DNA of 64,000 nucleotides, from assembly GCA_964384945.1 (NCBI GenBank), contig CAYLMK010000012.1, forward strand, positions 67,498 through 131,497, given 5' to 3'. Origin of the DNA: an uncultured Thermodesulfobacteriota bacterium. GTDB lineage: Bacteria > Desulfobacterota > DSWW01. The notes beneath the pieces were generated by a model, which saw nothing but the letters and a program-made list of their open reading frames with translations, was not told the DNA's origin and did not search any database. Positions 9,710 to 19,464 of this stretch are shown piece after piece. The position numbers and the translations under genes were made by a program. How positions within the stretch are numbered: position 1 is the first letter of the stretch; every line of letters begins with the position of its first letter.

Positions 9710-10828
9710 ATGCCTCATCCGCTCACCCTCGGCTATCAGGACCTGAAGAGGCGAATCCCCTTTGCCTCGCTGGGGCGTTTCCCGACCCCTGTTCAAAGGC
9801 TTGCCGGTTTGGAGGGGGTCCTCGGGACGGACGGCTTGTACATCAAGCGCGACGACAAGAGTTCGAACGAGTACGGCGGAAACAAGGTCCGAAAACTGGA
9901 GTTTATCCTCGGGGATGCGCGGGCGAAGAAGAAGCGGAATACGATCACGTTCGGGTACGCGGGTTCGAACCACTCGCTGGCCGTAGCCGTGTTTGCCAGG
10001 AGGCTCGGCCTGGAGCCCATCTCCCTCCACATTCCCCAACCGAACGCAGCCTACGTGAGAAAGAATCTGCTTCTCCAGGAACAGCTCGGAACCGAGCTTC
10101 ACCAATTCAGCGGCATGCCCGCGATTTACATGGGAACGGTCCTCGTCTTCCTCAAGTGTCTCCTGAAGACAGGGAAGTTCCCCTACATCATACCCCCGGG
10201 CGGATCGAACGTGCTGGGTACCCTGGGTATGTTCGGAGCCGTTCTCGAGGTTCAGGAGCAGATCGATCAGGGCCTCCTTCCTGAGCCGGATGCCGTCTAT
10301 GTGCCCCTCGGTTCGTGCGGCACGGCCGCGGGCATTGCCCTGGGCGCGAAGGCCCTGGGCTGGAAGACACGGGTCCGTGCGATCCGGGTATCGGAGCGAA
10401 AGGGTGCGGATTTCAGGACCGCCCGGGCGCTTTTCGACGGAGCGGCCCGAAAGCTCAAGCGGCTCTTGCCCTCCTTCCCGGACGTGGCGCTCAGCCGGGA
10501 AGACCTCGATGTCGACGAGGACTATCTTGGGGACGGCTACGCTCATTTCACGAAGAAGGGGATGGAGGCCGTGAGGCGAATCGCGAAATCGGACGGAATC
10601 AGGCTGGAGGGCACCTACACGGGCAAGGCCCTGGCCGCTCTGATCGATGACGCCGACGCCGGGCGGCTGAAAGACAAGGCGGTCCTCTTCTGGAATACGT
10701 ACAATTCGGTCGATTTCGGAGATAAGATCGAAGGAAGGGATTTCCGACGGTTGCCCAAGGCATACCATGCCTATTTCACAAACGACGACCAACCCCTGGA
10801 AATCCGCGAGGGCAAGGAGGGGAGATGA
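9710..10828 (+). CDS. PLP-dependent ACC deaminase/D-cysteine desulfhydrase family protein
   Basis: Diagnostic KRDD..GGNKVRKLEF motif of fold-type II ACC-deaminase/DcyD enzymes. The stop overlaps the next start (ATGA 10825-10828). Confidence 0.8.
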   Translation: MPHPLTLGYQDLKRRIPFASLGRFPTPVQRLAGLEGVLGTDGLYIKRDDKSSNEYGGNKVRKLEFILGDARAKKKRNTITFGYAGSNHSLAVAVFARRLGLEPISLHIPQPNAAYVRKNLLLQEQLGTELHQFSGMPAIYMGTVLVFLKCLLKTGKFPYIIPPGGSNVLGTLGMFGAVLEVQEQIDQGLLPEPDAVYVPLGSCGTAAGIALGAKALGWKTRVRAIRVSERKGADFRTARALFDGAARKLKRLLPSFPDVALSREDLDVDEDYLGDGYAHFTKKGMEAVRRIAKSDGIRLEGTYTGKALAALIDDADAGRLKDKAVLFWNTYNSVDFGDKIEGRDFRRLPKAYHAYFTNDDQPLEIREGKEGR

Positions 10829-12051
10829 ACGACCGGTTGCGGCGCGCCCATCACGAGACCGCGGTTCGCAGGCTTCGTTCCCTCATGAAGGCGTCGGACC
10901 TCGACGCACTGATCGCTTTCAGGAACGACAATTTCACCTACATCAACACAGCCGCCTCTCCGTTCCTTTCCCAGTCGGGCTTTGCCAGCATCGCCATGAT
11001 CCTGGTGCCGCGAGAGGGGGAAGTTCTCGGGATCTGTCCGGATTTCGAACGCCCGGCCGTCGAGCAGGGCGGGATGGTGCAGGACTGGTACGACTATCCC
11101 GTATGGATCTACATCGACGACCGGTTCGCCCCCGAGAAGAAACGGAAAAGGGAGTCGAAAAGGGAAGAGTTCTTCTCGCTGGGATCGAGCGTCGGCCTGC
11201 TGGCGGACCGTCTTCGGGCATCCGGACTTGACAGGGGCCGAATCGGTCTGGAGATGATGGCGGTTCAGGCACCGGTCTGGCAGGCCCTACAGGGCGCCGT
11301 GCCGAACGCCGCCTTCGTAGACGCCAGCCAGGTTTTCTACAAGGCCCGTTCGGTGAAGACGGAATACGAAATCGAGTGCCTGCGCCGCGGCTCCCGGGTC
11401 CAGGAGGAGGTTGTGTTCGAGAGCATGGCCGAGGCGCAGGTGGGCATGTCCCATGCCGAGCTGATGGCAAGGCTCCGCTCCAAGGCCCTCGCGAGAAGCG
11501 GGATCGACTCGATCCGGTTCATGTACGTCTCCGTGGGCCCCCTTTTTGCCCCGACGGTCTCTCCTTACGACGTGGACATACGGGAGGGCGACCTGGTCAA
11601 GTACGACGGCGCACTGGTTGTCCGGGGATACGGCGCGGATGCGGCCTGGACATTCATTGCGGGCGAACCCTCCCCGGACCAGAAGCGCGTGAACCATGCC
11701 CTTCTTACCGCGCATGCCGCCGCGTTGGAGATGATGGGGCCGGGGGTCCTTCCGAGGGACGTGTTCAACAGGGCGATGAGGGTTGCCCGCGAGGAAGGGC
11801 TCCCGGACTATGTCCGGGGGCACGTGGGGCATTCCGTGGGCCTCGACCAAACGATCGAGGAGCCGCCCCTGCTGTCTGCGGCCTCGGAGGAGCCGATGCA
11901 GCCCGGCAATGTTTTCTGTGTGGAATTGCCGTATTACGCATACGGGTTCGGAAGCATACAGAACGAGGACATTGTCCTGATTACGGAGAGCGGCCGGGAA
12001 CTTCTGACGAGCCGAGAGAGAAGGCTCCACCCCATCGGAACAGCCGCCTGA
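10825..12051 (+). CDS. M24-family metallopeptidase (Xaa-Pro aminopeptidase/creatinase-like)
   Basis: Creatinase_N-like N-terminus. Pita-bread catalytic domain with HVGHSVGLDQTIEEP and metal ligands (D..D..H..E..E). Confidence 0.8.
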   Translation: MNDRLRRAHHETAVRRLRSLMKASDLDALIAFRNDNFTYINTAASPFLSQSGFASIAMILVPREGEVLGICPDFERPAVEQGGMVQDWYDYPVWIYIDDRFAPEKKRKRESKREEFFSLGSSVGLLADRLRASGLDRGRIGLEMMAVQAPVWQALQGAVPNAAFVDASQVFYKARSVKTEYEIECLRRGSRVQEEVVFESMAEAQVGMSHAELMARLRSKALARSGIDSIRFMYVSVGPLFAPTVSPYDVDIREGDLVKYDGALVVRGYGADAAWTFIAGEPSPDQKRVNHALLTAHAAALEMMGPGVLPRDVFNRAMRVAREEGLPDYVRGHVGHSVGLDQTIEEPPLLSAASEEPMQPGNVFCVELPYYAYGFGSIQNEDIVLITESGRELLTSRERRLHPIGTAA

Positions 12052-12238
12052 AACGGGGCCGGGTGCGCAGGTTCCGCCCGGCAATCGTTTTCCCACGAGC
12101 CTGCGAGACCGATTCAAAAAAACCTTTTGTTCTGGTAAGCTTTCCGTCGTGCCAAGTCGCAAGAGAGGCGTGGGCGCGCGCCTCGATCCTTTTCACGCGG
12201 TGCCAGGAACGTTTTTCTTCAAGCAGAGGGACAATTTG

Positions 12239-13138
12239 ATGACGGATTCGAGCCGCACCGTTTTGGACGTTATCGGAAATACGCCCCTGCTGAGGCTGAC
12301 GCGTATCGCCAGGGGCGAGATTTTGGCCAAGGCCGAGTTCTTGAACCCGGGAGGGAGCATCAAGGACAGGATCGCCCTTTACATCCTCGAGCAGGCCGAG
12401 AAGGATGGCTCCCTGAAGCCGGGCAGCGTGATCGTCGAGGCCACCTCCGGCAACACCGGCATCGGGTTTGCCTTGGTGGGGGTGCAGAAAGGGTATCGCG
12501 TCATCATCATCATGCCCGAGAATATGAGCGAGGAGCGGAAGAAGATCATTCAGGCCCTGGGCGGGGAGTTGATCCTGACGCCGGCCGCCCAGAGCCTCAA
12601 AGGGTGCCTGCGCAAGCTGGAAGAGATCCGGCAGGAGATGAAGGATACGTTCGTTCCGGGCCAGTTTACGAACCCGAGAAATCCCGAGTGTCATTATCTT
12701 TTCACCGGGCCCGAGATCTGGAAACAGAGCAAGGGGAATATCGATATATTCGCTGCAGGGGTCGGGAGCGGCGGCACCCTGATGGGCGTGGGGAGGTTTC
12801 TGAAGGAGAAGAACCCGAGCATTCAGATCGCGGCCGTGGAACCGAAGAACAGCGCGGCCCTGCTGGGCAGAGAGCCCGGCCTGCATACGATTCAGGGCAT
12901 CGGAGACGGCTTTGTTCCGGATGTGGTCGACAGAAACATGATCGACATCGTGATGACCGTCTCGGACGAGGATGCGGTCGAGATGACCCGAAGGCTCGCC
13001 CGGGAGGAAGGCGTCCTGGTGGGCACCTCCTCGGGTGCAAACGTGTGGTGCGCCTCCCGCCTCTCCAACAAGCGCCAGCGCGTCGTGACCATCCTGCCGG
13101 ACCGGGCGGAGCGGTACTTCAGCACCGCCCTGATCTGA
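12239..13138 (+). CDS. Cysteine synthase/O-acetylserine sulfhydrylase-like PLP enzyme (CysK/CysM family)
   Basis: From MTDSSRTVLDVIGNTPLL. PLP lysine motif NPGGSIKDR. TSGNTGIG and GxGxGG loops. The 30-codon extension in ORF 12149 is rejected. Confidence 0.85.
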   Translation: MTDSSRTVLDVIGNTPLLRLTRIARGEILAKAEFLNPGGSIKDRIALYILEQAEKDGSLKPGSVIVEATSGNTGIGFALVGVQKGYRVIIIMPENMSEERKKIIQALGGELILTPAAQSLKGCLRKLEEIRQEMKDTFVPGQFTNPRNPECHYLFTGPEIWKQSKGNIDIFAAGVGSGGTLMGVGRFLKEKNPSIQIAAVEPKNSAALLGREPGLHTIQGIGDGFVPDVVDRNMIDIVMTVSDEDAVEMTRRLAREEGVLVGTSSGANVWCASRLSNKRQRVVTILPDRAERYFSTALI

Positions 13139-13179
13139 GAACCGGTCGTTGGCAGGGATGCACGTGTGGGGCACCGGGA

Positions 13180-13848
13180 CTATTCCACAGGGCCGAAGAG
13201 CCTCTCTGCCTCGTCCCTTTCCGCTCTCTTTTCCGCGATCTCCTCGGGTTCGAAAAGATCCGGATCTTTCGGAGCGGCCTGCCGTCCGGCAGTTACGTCC
13301 CCAGGGGCGAACATCTCCGGTTCCTCGGCGCGGAGGGCGGGCCGTTGCCCGGAGGGATTCTTCGGTTCGGGCCGGGAGGCGGAAGGGGAAATCGCGTCGA
13401 CCGGAAGGGGTTGGCGGTTTTTGAGGAGCGCCTCGGGGATCCGGATCCTGTCCCCGATCCGGATTCGGTTGGGATCGATGCCCGGGTTGGCCCCTGCGAT
13501 GACCTCCCAGTTCCTCCAGGACTCCGTGTACCACTGGCTGATGAGAGACAGGGTTTCCCCCTCCCAGCGAACCACATGAACAAACCCGGTCGGCTTCGTC
13601 TCCGGGGAAGTTTGCCGCATCCGTGCAACCCCTTCCGCCGGGGGGGACGGACTGGGGGAAAGCGCCTTTCCTGCGTCGGAGATCGCCGGTTCCGGGTGCG
13701 GGCGGACTTGGCCTCCCACGGCCTGCCCGGGTTGCGGCATATCCACAACCCGGGGCGGGTGACTTGCCCTCGCGCAGCCATGGAGGTTCCAGATGGCGGC
13801 CAGGAGCACCAGAAAGGGTGCGTTCCGCTTGAAAGCATTCCGAATCAA
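13180..13848 (-). CDS. LysM-domain peptidoglycan-binding protein (secreted or lipoprotein)
   Basis: LysM motif VHVVRWEGETLSLISQWYT..IRIGDRIRIP. Hydrophobic leader FLVLLAAIWNLHGCA. Proposed TTG start at 13848 overlaps the stop of the upstream ExeA-like gene (TTGA). The longer ORF to 13947 would overlap that gene by 100 nt. Confidence 0.65.
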   Translation of the reverse strand: MIRNAFKRNAPFLVLLAAIWNLHGCARASHPPRVVDMPQPGQAVGGQVRPHPEPAISDAGKALSPSPSPPAEGVARMRQTSPETKPTGFVHVVRWEGETLSLISQWYTESWRNWEVIAGANPGIDPNRIRIGDRIRIPEALLKNRQPLPVDAISPSASRPEPKNPSGQRPALRAEEPEMFAPGDVTAGRQAAPKDPDLFEPEEIAEKRAERDEAERLFGPVE

Positions 13849-15737
13849 GGGGTCCCCCTGGGGCCTGCCTCGATCTGACGAAGCAAGGTTCGTGCCCTCT
13901 CGTTCTGCGGGTTTAGGGCGAGGGCTTTTCTCAGGTTTTCCTTGCACGGTTGGGTCTTGCCCTGTTTGCTCTGGACCACGGCGAGGTTGAAGAGGGCCTT
14001 GTCCTGGTAGTCCGGTCGCAGGGCGGCGACACGAAGGAACATCTGCTCCGCGCGGGCGTAGTCTGCGGTCGCCGCATAAAGGAAACCGAGATTGAAGAAC
14101 GTGTCGGCGGAGCGGTCATCCAGTTCGGCGGCCTTCAGGTATGCCCCGATGGCCTGGGCGTAACGATTCGCCTTTGTGTGAAGCCTCCCCAGGTCGAGGT
14201 AAGCCTCCTTGTTTGTCGGGTCGAGTTCGACGGCCCGGGCGAGAAGACTCTCCGTTTCCTCTTTCTGCGGATCGGAGGGCAGGCCCGCCTGCCGCCGAAG
14301 GGCCTCTGCGTAAAGGGTCCGAAGGGTCGGGAGATCCGCCGGGCATTCCTCAATCGCATGCTCGAGAATCGCGGCCGCTCGATCCGGATGCCCCTCTTCC
14401 ATCTCTCGCAGGGCCTTTTCGTAAGGGCTCGGCTCCGCATACGCCGGCCTGCCGTCCGGCCTCCCCTCCGTCGGCCGTTCCTCCCCTGCCAGCGCGGCGG
14501 ATTCGGCTTCGACCGGAGACGGGAGGTCGGGGTGGCTCCGAGGGAGGCCGGGCGCCGGGGGGGCGTCCGTGCCGGATCCGATTGCATTCCCCCGGAGGGT
14601 GCCCAAGAGGAGGTCTTTTTGAAGCAGCACGGCGGAGGCCAGCACGAGAAAGGCGATACATGCGGCCGTCAGCCAGTACCTCGGTCGTTGGCGCCGGTCC
14701 CCTGCCGTCCCTCGTCCGACTTCGGAGACAGCCCTCGTGCCTCCGTCCCTTTCCGAGGTGATCCCGTGTCCACACAACGGACCCTCGGGCGAGGCCTGCC
14801 GGATCGCACCTTCCCGGCGCAGGCCGCCGGTCATCCGTGGAGAGGAGTGTCGGACGGGCCCGCCGGGCGCGGACGAAGGAGCAGGATCGCCTCCCCCTTC
14901 GAAGAAGTCCGAGGTTGACGTCCGCGTCGTGTGGCCCAGGAGGCGGAGTTCCTGAGAGCACTCCTGGATGATCACCGGCGTGATCCTCTTGACCTGCTTG
15001 ACATACCCGGTGAGCAGGGCATGGTCGCACAGGATGTTGATCAACCGGGGATAGCCCTTCGAGAAGCGGTAGACCTCCGCCACGGCCTTTCTTCCGAAGA
15101 TCTCTTCCTCGGTGCCGGCGACCTTCAGACGGTACCGGATGTATTGAAGAGTTTCCTGTTCGGACAAGGGCTGAATGTTGTACGTGAGGGTGATTCTTTG
15201 TCGAAGGGCTCGGCACTCCGGAGACGACAACGTCCGGTTGAACTCGTTCTGTCCGACGAGAAACATGTTGATGAGTTTTCTCTCGGGCAGTTCGATGTTC
15301 GATAGAAGCCGGAACTGCTCCAGGAGGTTCTTTGAAAATCGGTGGGCTTCATCGAGGATGAGCAAAACGTTTTTGCCGTCCGTGTTCTGCTGTCGTAGGA
15401 AGCCTGCGAACCGAATGAGGAAGTCCGCCTTGTGGTCGAACTTCTCCCCCATGTTGAAGGATGCGGCTATCAAATTGAAAAAGTCGAGCGGCTTCAGGAG
15501 AGGGTCGGTGACGTTGGCCACCAGGGTATTGTGGTTCAAGCTCTGCAGGAGCGCATTCACCAGGGTGGTCTTGCCGGTACCTACATCCCCGGTGAGGAGC
15601 AGGAAGCCTTTTCGGGCCAGAACGCCGTACTTCAGCATGGCCAGGGCCTCTTTGTGCTTCTCCCCCATCCAGAGAAACCTCGTGTCCGTGCTGATCTCGA
15701 ACGGCCGTTCTCTCAGACTGAAGTGAGATCGGTACAT
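13845..15737 (-). CDS. ExeA/GspA-like AAA+ ATPase with transmembrane segment and C-terminal TPR repeats
   Basis: Starts MYRSHFSLRERPFE (typical ExeA N-terminus). Walker A GDVGTGKTT. Walker B LLILDEAH. A TM helix, then TPR-like repeats. ATG at 15737 chosen over 15824. Confidence 0.8.
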   Translation of the reverse strand: MYRSHFSLRERPFEISTDTRFLWMGEKHKEALAMLKYGVLARKGFLLLTGDVGTGKTTLVNALLQSLNHNTLVANVTDPLLKPLDFFNLIAASFNMGEKFDHKADFLIRFAGFLRQQNTDGKNVLLILDEAHRFSKNLLEQFRLLSNIELPERKLINMFLVGQNEFNRTLSSPECRALRQRITLTYNIQPLSEQETLQYIRYRLKVAGTEEEIFGRKAVAEVYRFSKGYPRLINILCDHALLTGYVKQVKRITPVIIQECSQELRLLGHTTRTSTSDFFEGGGDPAPSSAPGGPVRHSSPRMTGGLRREGAIRQASPEGPLCGHGITSERDGGTRAVSEVGRGTAGDRRQRPRYWLTAACIAFLVLASAVLLQKDLLLGTLRGNAIGSGTDAPPAPGLPRSHPDLPSPVEAESAALAGEERPTEGRPDGRPAYAEPSPYEKALREMEEGHPDRAAAILEHAIEECPADLPTLRTLYAEALRRQAGLPSDPQKEETESLLARAVELDPTNKEAYLDLGRLHTKANRYAQAIGAYLKAAELDDRSADTFFNLGFLYAATADYARAEQMFLRVAALRPDYQDKALFNLAVVQSKQGKTQPCKENLRKALALNPQNERARTLLRQIEAGPRGTP

Positions 15738-16191
15738 GGCCCTGCCCCATCCTGTCGAAGGGTCGCCTACGGGAAGGATTCCGTGGCCGCGGACTAGGAT
15801 ACCAAGCGGCATTTTCCGTGCCAAGAGGAAAAAAGTGCGAGATATGGTTGGTGAATCGGGACGATGGGTCAGGGGGCGCCGGTCAGAGCACCTCTGGGAA
15901 CCGGGGACGCTCGTGAAAACCGATTCAACTATTGAGCAAAGCTTTTCAGTACAGAGGGCTTGACAGACCGGGCACCGGCCTCTACACTGGAGGCATTGTT
16001 GTATTCAGTATACTTATAGTTATCCATGTTTGCTGTCGACAGGACGCCGATTCAAATCCACGCATCCGCCCAGGCCCGCAAAAGGCGCTGAGCCCCTTGC
16101 GGGCAGGAGAAAGGAGGTGACAGGCTGGGAACCCGTGTTCGATGCAGGTGATCCGAAGGCCTTTCAAATCTCATGACAGGAGGTGACACAC

Positions 16192-17121
16192 ATGAGGAAA
16201 GAACGGTTGGCAGTACTTTGTACAATGGTCCTGCTCCTCGGGGGGGTGGGTACGGCGGGTGCCGCGAACGTGACATGGACGATTCTCACCAGCAATTCGG
16301 TGGCAGGCCACGGTCCGGGCGGCGACGATGTGATCGGCACCGGCGACGACACGACCGACGGATCGGAGTCGGGTAAGTGCAACTACTCGCTCGCCCTGAA
16401 TTGTTCCGCCGTCGGTACGCCGACGACGGGAACCTTCAGTTACGCCTATCTGGATTTCCAGCAGGCCAGTTCCTGCGCAGTGGGAGACAAGGCGGGCCAG
16501 AGCTGCACGACGAATGCCGACTGCGGGGGTGTGGGCTGCATCCCTTGCGGGGATGAGAACTGGGCCTACCTGTACAACAACGCCGCCGCGGGTAACAAGG
16601 GATTGGGAACCTACGTCGTGGACAACTGCACCGACGGGTTTGACTATGTGAGCCTTTCCCTCGGCACGAGCGAGGCGATCGCCGAGTCCGGCTCAGGCTG
16701 CCTGACCCTCGACAGCAGCGGCGCCAACACGGGCTCGCCCTGCGGCGTGGGCGGCAACACGTCGAGCTTCAACCTGACCCTCTGGGTGGACCTGCTCGGC
16801 ACGTGCGACTTCAATGCCGGCGGGATCCCGAACATCGCCATGACCGGGCGTGTCTATGACGTGGCTCTTTCGGCCCCTGCGGGCGTCTGCGGCTACGACG
16901 CGGGCGGGATCAACGGCCTGCGGGCCCTCGTTCCGGGAGGCGGCAGTTACCTGATGGTCACGTGTGCGCAGCAGACGCTTCCGACCCTGGCGGCCGCCTG
17001 TCTATCGAGCGCGCCCTTTAAGTCCGTGATTGTTGCGTATGCAGGCGCAGGGGCCGGAGACTGCAGCGACACATGCGGAGGCGGCGGGTGCATGGCGGCC
17101 ACGGCCGAGGGGGTTGAGTAG
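16192..17121 (+). CDS. Secreted Gly/Thr/Cys-rich hypothetical protein (about 17 Cys in mature chain)
   Basis: AGGAGG RBS. Signal peptide MRKERLAVLCTMVLLLGGVGTAGAA. Low-complexity Gly/Thr/Ser-rich sequence with regularly spaced Cys. No recognised family. Confidence 0.65.
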   Translation: MRKERLAVLCTMVLLLGGVGTAGAANVTWTILTSNSVAGHGPGGDDVIGTGDDTTDGSESGKCNYSLALNCSAVGTPTTGTFSYAYLDFQQASSCAVGDKAGQSCTTNADCGGVGCIPCGDENWAYLYNNAAAGNKGLGTYVVDNCTDGFDYVSLSLGTSEAIAESGSGCLTLDSSGANTGSPCGVGGNTSSFNLTLWVDLLGTCDFNAGGIPNIAMTGRVYDVALSAPAGVCGYDAGGINGLRALVPGGGSYLMVTCAQQTLPTLAAACLSSAPFKSVIVAYAGAGAGDCSDTCGGGGCMAATAEGVE

Positions 17122-17264
17122 GAAGACCGAATTCGGTGAGCGGGCGGGGTCGTAACCCTTGTGCGGGAGCGGCCCCATTTTTTCCCCGGATCGCCGGTTA
17201 CGCCCGTACCGCAGATGAGCGGAGGCGGCCGTCGTTTGAGACGGGGGGTCCCCGGCCGGGCCGA

Positions 17265-18425
17265 TCACACCTTCCTTGACTTTTTCGGGGCCTCGTCGAG
17301 GTGGGCGAGCAGTTTCTGCTCGTCGAGCCTCCCGAGGGTGATGCGCAGGGATTCGCGCCTCGCCTTGGCGAGCTCGAACCAGCCGCGAACCTCGGCCTCC
17401 AGGGACTCCTCCCCGACGCCCTTGGCGAACCTCGTGGGTTTCACGGGGTTGTCCATGGCCCCGGAGTTGATGAGCGTCCACGTGTCGTCCGTCCGCGACA
17501 CGATGCCCGTGTGGCCCCGGCTGTGGATGGAAAAGGCAATGATTTGCCCTCTTTCCAAGTAGGGCAGGACCTCTTTGAGAAACCGGTCCGCCTCCTTTTC
17601 AGGGGACCGCACCTGAAGGACGGTCTTGGTATAGACCGGGGATCCGGACGCCGAGATGAGACCTTCTCCGTTGAAGTACGCGTATCTGGAGAGTCCCTGG
17701 TCGCGGGCCATTCCCATGAGCTTCCTGCCGAGCCCGCCGGGTCCTTCATACCGGACCCCCAGATTCGAGAGCCCCTTGACGAGAAGCTCGTAGCAGTTGA
17801 TCTCTCCGTACGGCCTTCCGACAAGGGGCTTGACCGCGGCGATGAGCCGCTCCGGGAAGTCCTGTTCGCCGCCTCGCGCACTCTCGTGCGGATTCGGCGA
17901 CCGAGGCCCTGTTGCCTCGGCTGCCGCAACAGGGGCTTCCCTTTCCTGCAGCATCTTACCCCAGAGGACCTCGCGCGTCCTCGAGTTCAGAAACACCTCG
18001 GTTCCCGGTCGGATGCGGGTGTAGGGCTTGTCGCGGTTCACCCGGCTGTGCAGGATCTGCCAGCAGTCCTTCTTGTAAACGGGATTCTTGACCAGGAGGC
18101 TCGAGACGTTCGGGTTCCTTGAGGTGACCTTTCCCAGCGAGATGAGAACGCCTTCGAGCCTTTCCCGGGTGCGCGACCCGTAAAGGCGGCTGCTTTCCGT
18201 CGGCCGAATGCCGGGCGAGGGGACCCTTTCCTCGGTCCGACTCTGGTCAAGCACCCGTGCGAAGTCAATTTGTTGACGGGTTTTCGTGGGTTTTTCCTGC
18301 CTCGCCAGCCCCTGGTCTACCCGATTCACGTCCACGGTCGCGTTCTCCCCAAGAATTCCCATACTTATCAGGTGGTTGCGTCCCGGGTGCGAGAGACCTT
18401 CCCGGCCGTGAGAGGGAGAATGCAT
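17265..18425 (-). CDS. Hypothetical protein; C-terminal region with Cys...His arrangement reminiscent of papain-like (NlpC/P60 or CHAP) amidases
   Basis: 386-aa ORF. EINCYELLVKGL ... IHSRGHTGIVS segment. Start codon uncertain (alternative M at 18362). Function not established. Confidence 0.4.
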   Translation of the reverse strand: MHSPSHGREGLSHPGRNHLISMGILGENATVDVNRVDQGLARQEKPTKTRQQIDFARVLDQSRTEERVPSPGIRPTESSRLYGSRTRERLEGVLISLGKVTSRNPNVSSLLVKNPVYKKDCWQILHSRVNRDKPYTRIRPGTEVFLNSRTREVLWGKMLQEREAPVAAAEATGPRSPNPHESARGGEQDFPERLIAAVKPLVGRPYGEINCYELLVKGLSNLGVRYEGPGGLGRKLMGMARDQGLSRYAYFNGEGLISASGSPVYTKTVLQVRSPEKEADRFLKEVLPYLERGQIIAFSIHSRGHTGIVSRTDDTWTLINSGAMDNPVKPTRFAKGVGEESLEAEVRGWFELAKARRESLRITLGRLDEQKLLAHLDEAPKKSRKV

Positions 18426-18459
18426 TTCCCGTGCCCAGGGAGCCCAGGGGGGGTGAGGC

Positions 18460-19464
18460 CTATCCGCGGGGCTTGCCCCGAATCTGGCGAATCTTCTCGA
18501 TCAAAAGCGGGATGAATGCATGCAGATCGGCCGCGACGCAGTAGTGGGCCTCCCTGCAGAACAGGGCGTTGGGGTCTGAATTGATGACGATTACCAGGCC
18601 AGCCCTCTTCATTCCCATGGTGTGTTGCACGGCCCCTGAAATCCCGCAGGCAATGTACACCTTGGGTGAAACCGTCTGCCCGGTCATCCCGACCTGACAG
18701 GACAGCGGGAGTACGCCTGCATCGCAAAGCGGACGGGAGGCCCCCACAGCGCTTCTCTGGAAGAGTGCGGCCAGTTCGCGGATGCATGCGAGATGCTCGG
18801 CACCTCCAACGCCGCGGCCCGCGGCGACGACCACCTCTGCATCGCGAAGGAGGACGGACCCGGCCGGAGGTTCCTTATAGCCGATCACCTCCGTCTTGGT
18901 GGCGATTTCCTCCCCCTCGATGATCCGCACATGTCCCGGCCGCTTCGCACTCGACAGGCAGGGCGGTTCCGCGCCCGGGACGACGGTGACCACGGTGGGA
19001 CGGCCTTGGATGGGCCGCACCTCCTGCACGAGCTTTCCGTTGAGCATCCGGCGAAGGAAGACGAGGTCCGGGTCCGCCTCGATCGCGTGAACCGCGCTCA
19101 AGCTCGAGGCACCGAGATCCACGGCGAGCCCCGGGGCGAGTTCCCATCCCATGGGGGTGTGAGGCAGAAAGAGAAACGGAGGCGGATGGGGCAGGGCCAG
19201 ACCCCGGAGGACATGCCGATAGGCTTCCACGCTCCCCGAACCGGCGGCCCGCGCATCCGCGCCGATCACCTCCAAGCCCGTCTTCTCGGCGATCTCGTCG
19301 GCCAGGGGGCGGACGGGGTGTCCGCTCACGAGGACCGAGATGTCACGGGCCAACAATTCCGCCGCCCTGCGGGCGAGGGCGAGCACCTCGTACGTGACCG
19401 GTTGCACGATTCCTTCGGCCTGTTGCGCTACGACCCAGATGTTGTCCCCGAGCCCGTGCATCAC
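18460..19464 (-). CDS. etfA: Electron transfer flavoprotein alpha subunit
   Basis: FAD-binding C-terminal domain (ACGISGAVQHTMGM). N-terminal ETF domain. Start overlaps the etfB stop (ATGA). Confidence 0.9.
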   Translation of the reverse strand: MMHGLGDNIWVVAQQAEGIVQPVTYEVLALARRAAELLARDISVLVSGHPVRPLADEIAEKTGLEVIGADARAAGSGSVEAYRHVLRGLALPHPPPFLFLPHTPMGWELAPGLAVDLGASSLSAVHAIEADPDLVFLRRMLNGKLVQEVRPIQGRPTVVTVVPGAEPPCLSSAKRPGHVRIIEGEEIATKTEVIGYKEPPAGSVLLRDAEVVVAAGRGVGGAEHLACIRELAALFQRSAVGASRPLCDAGVLPLSCQVGMTGQTVSPKVYIACGISGAVQHTMGMKRAGLVIVINSDPNALFCREAHYCVAADLHAFIPLLIEKIRQIRGKPRG

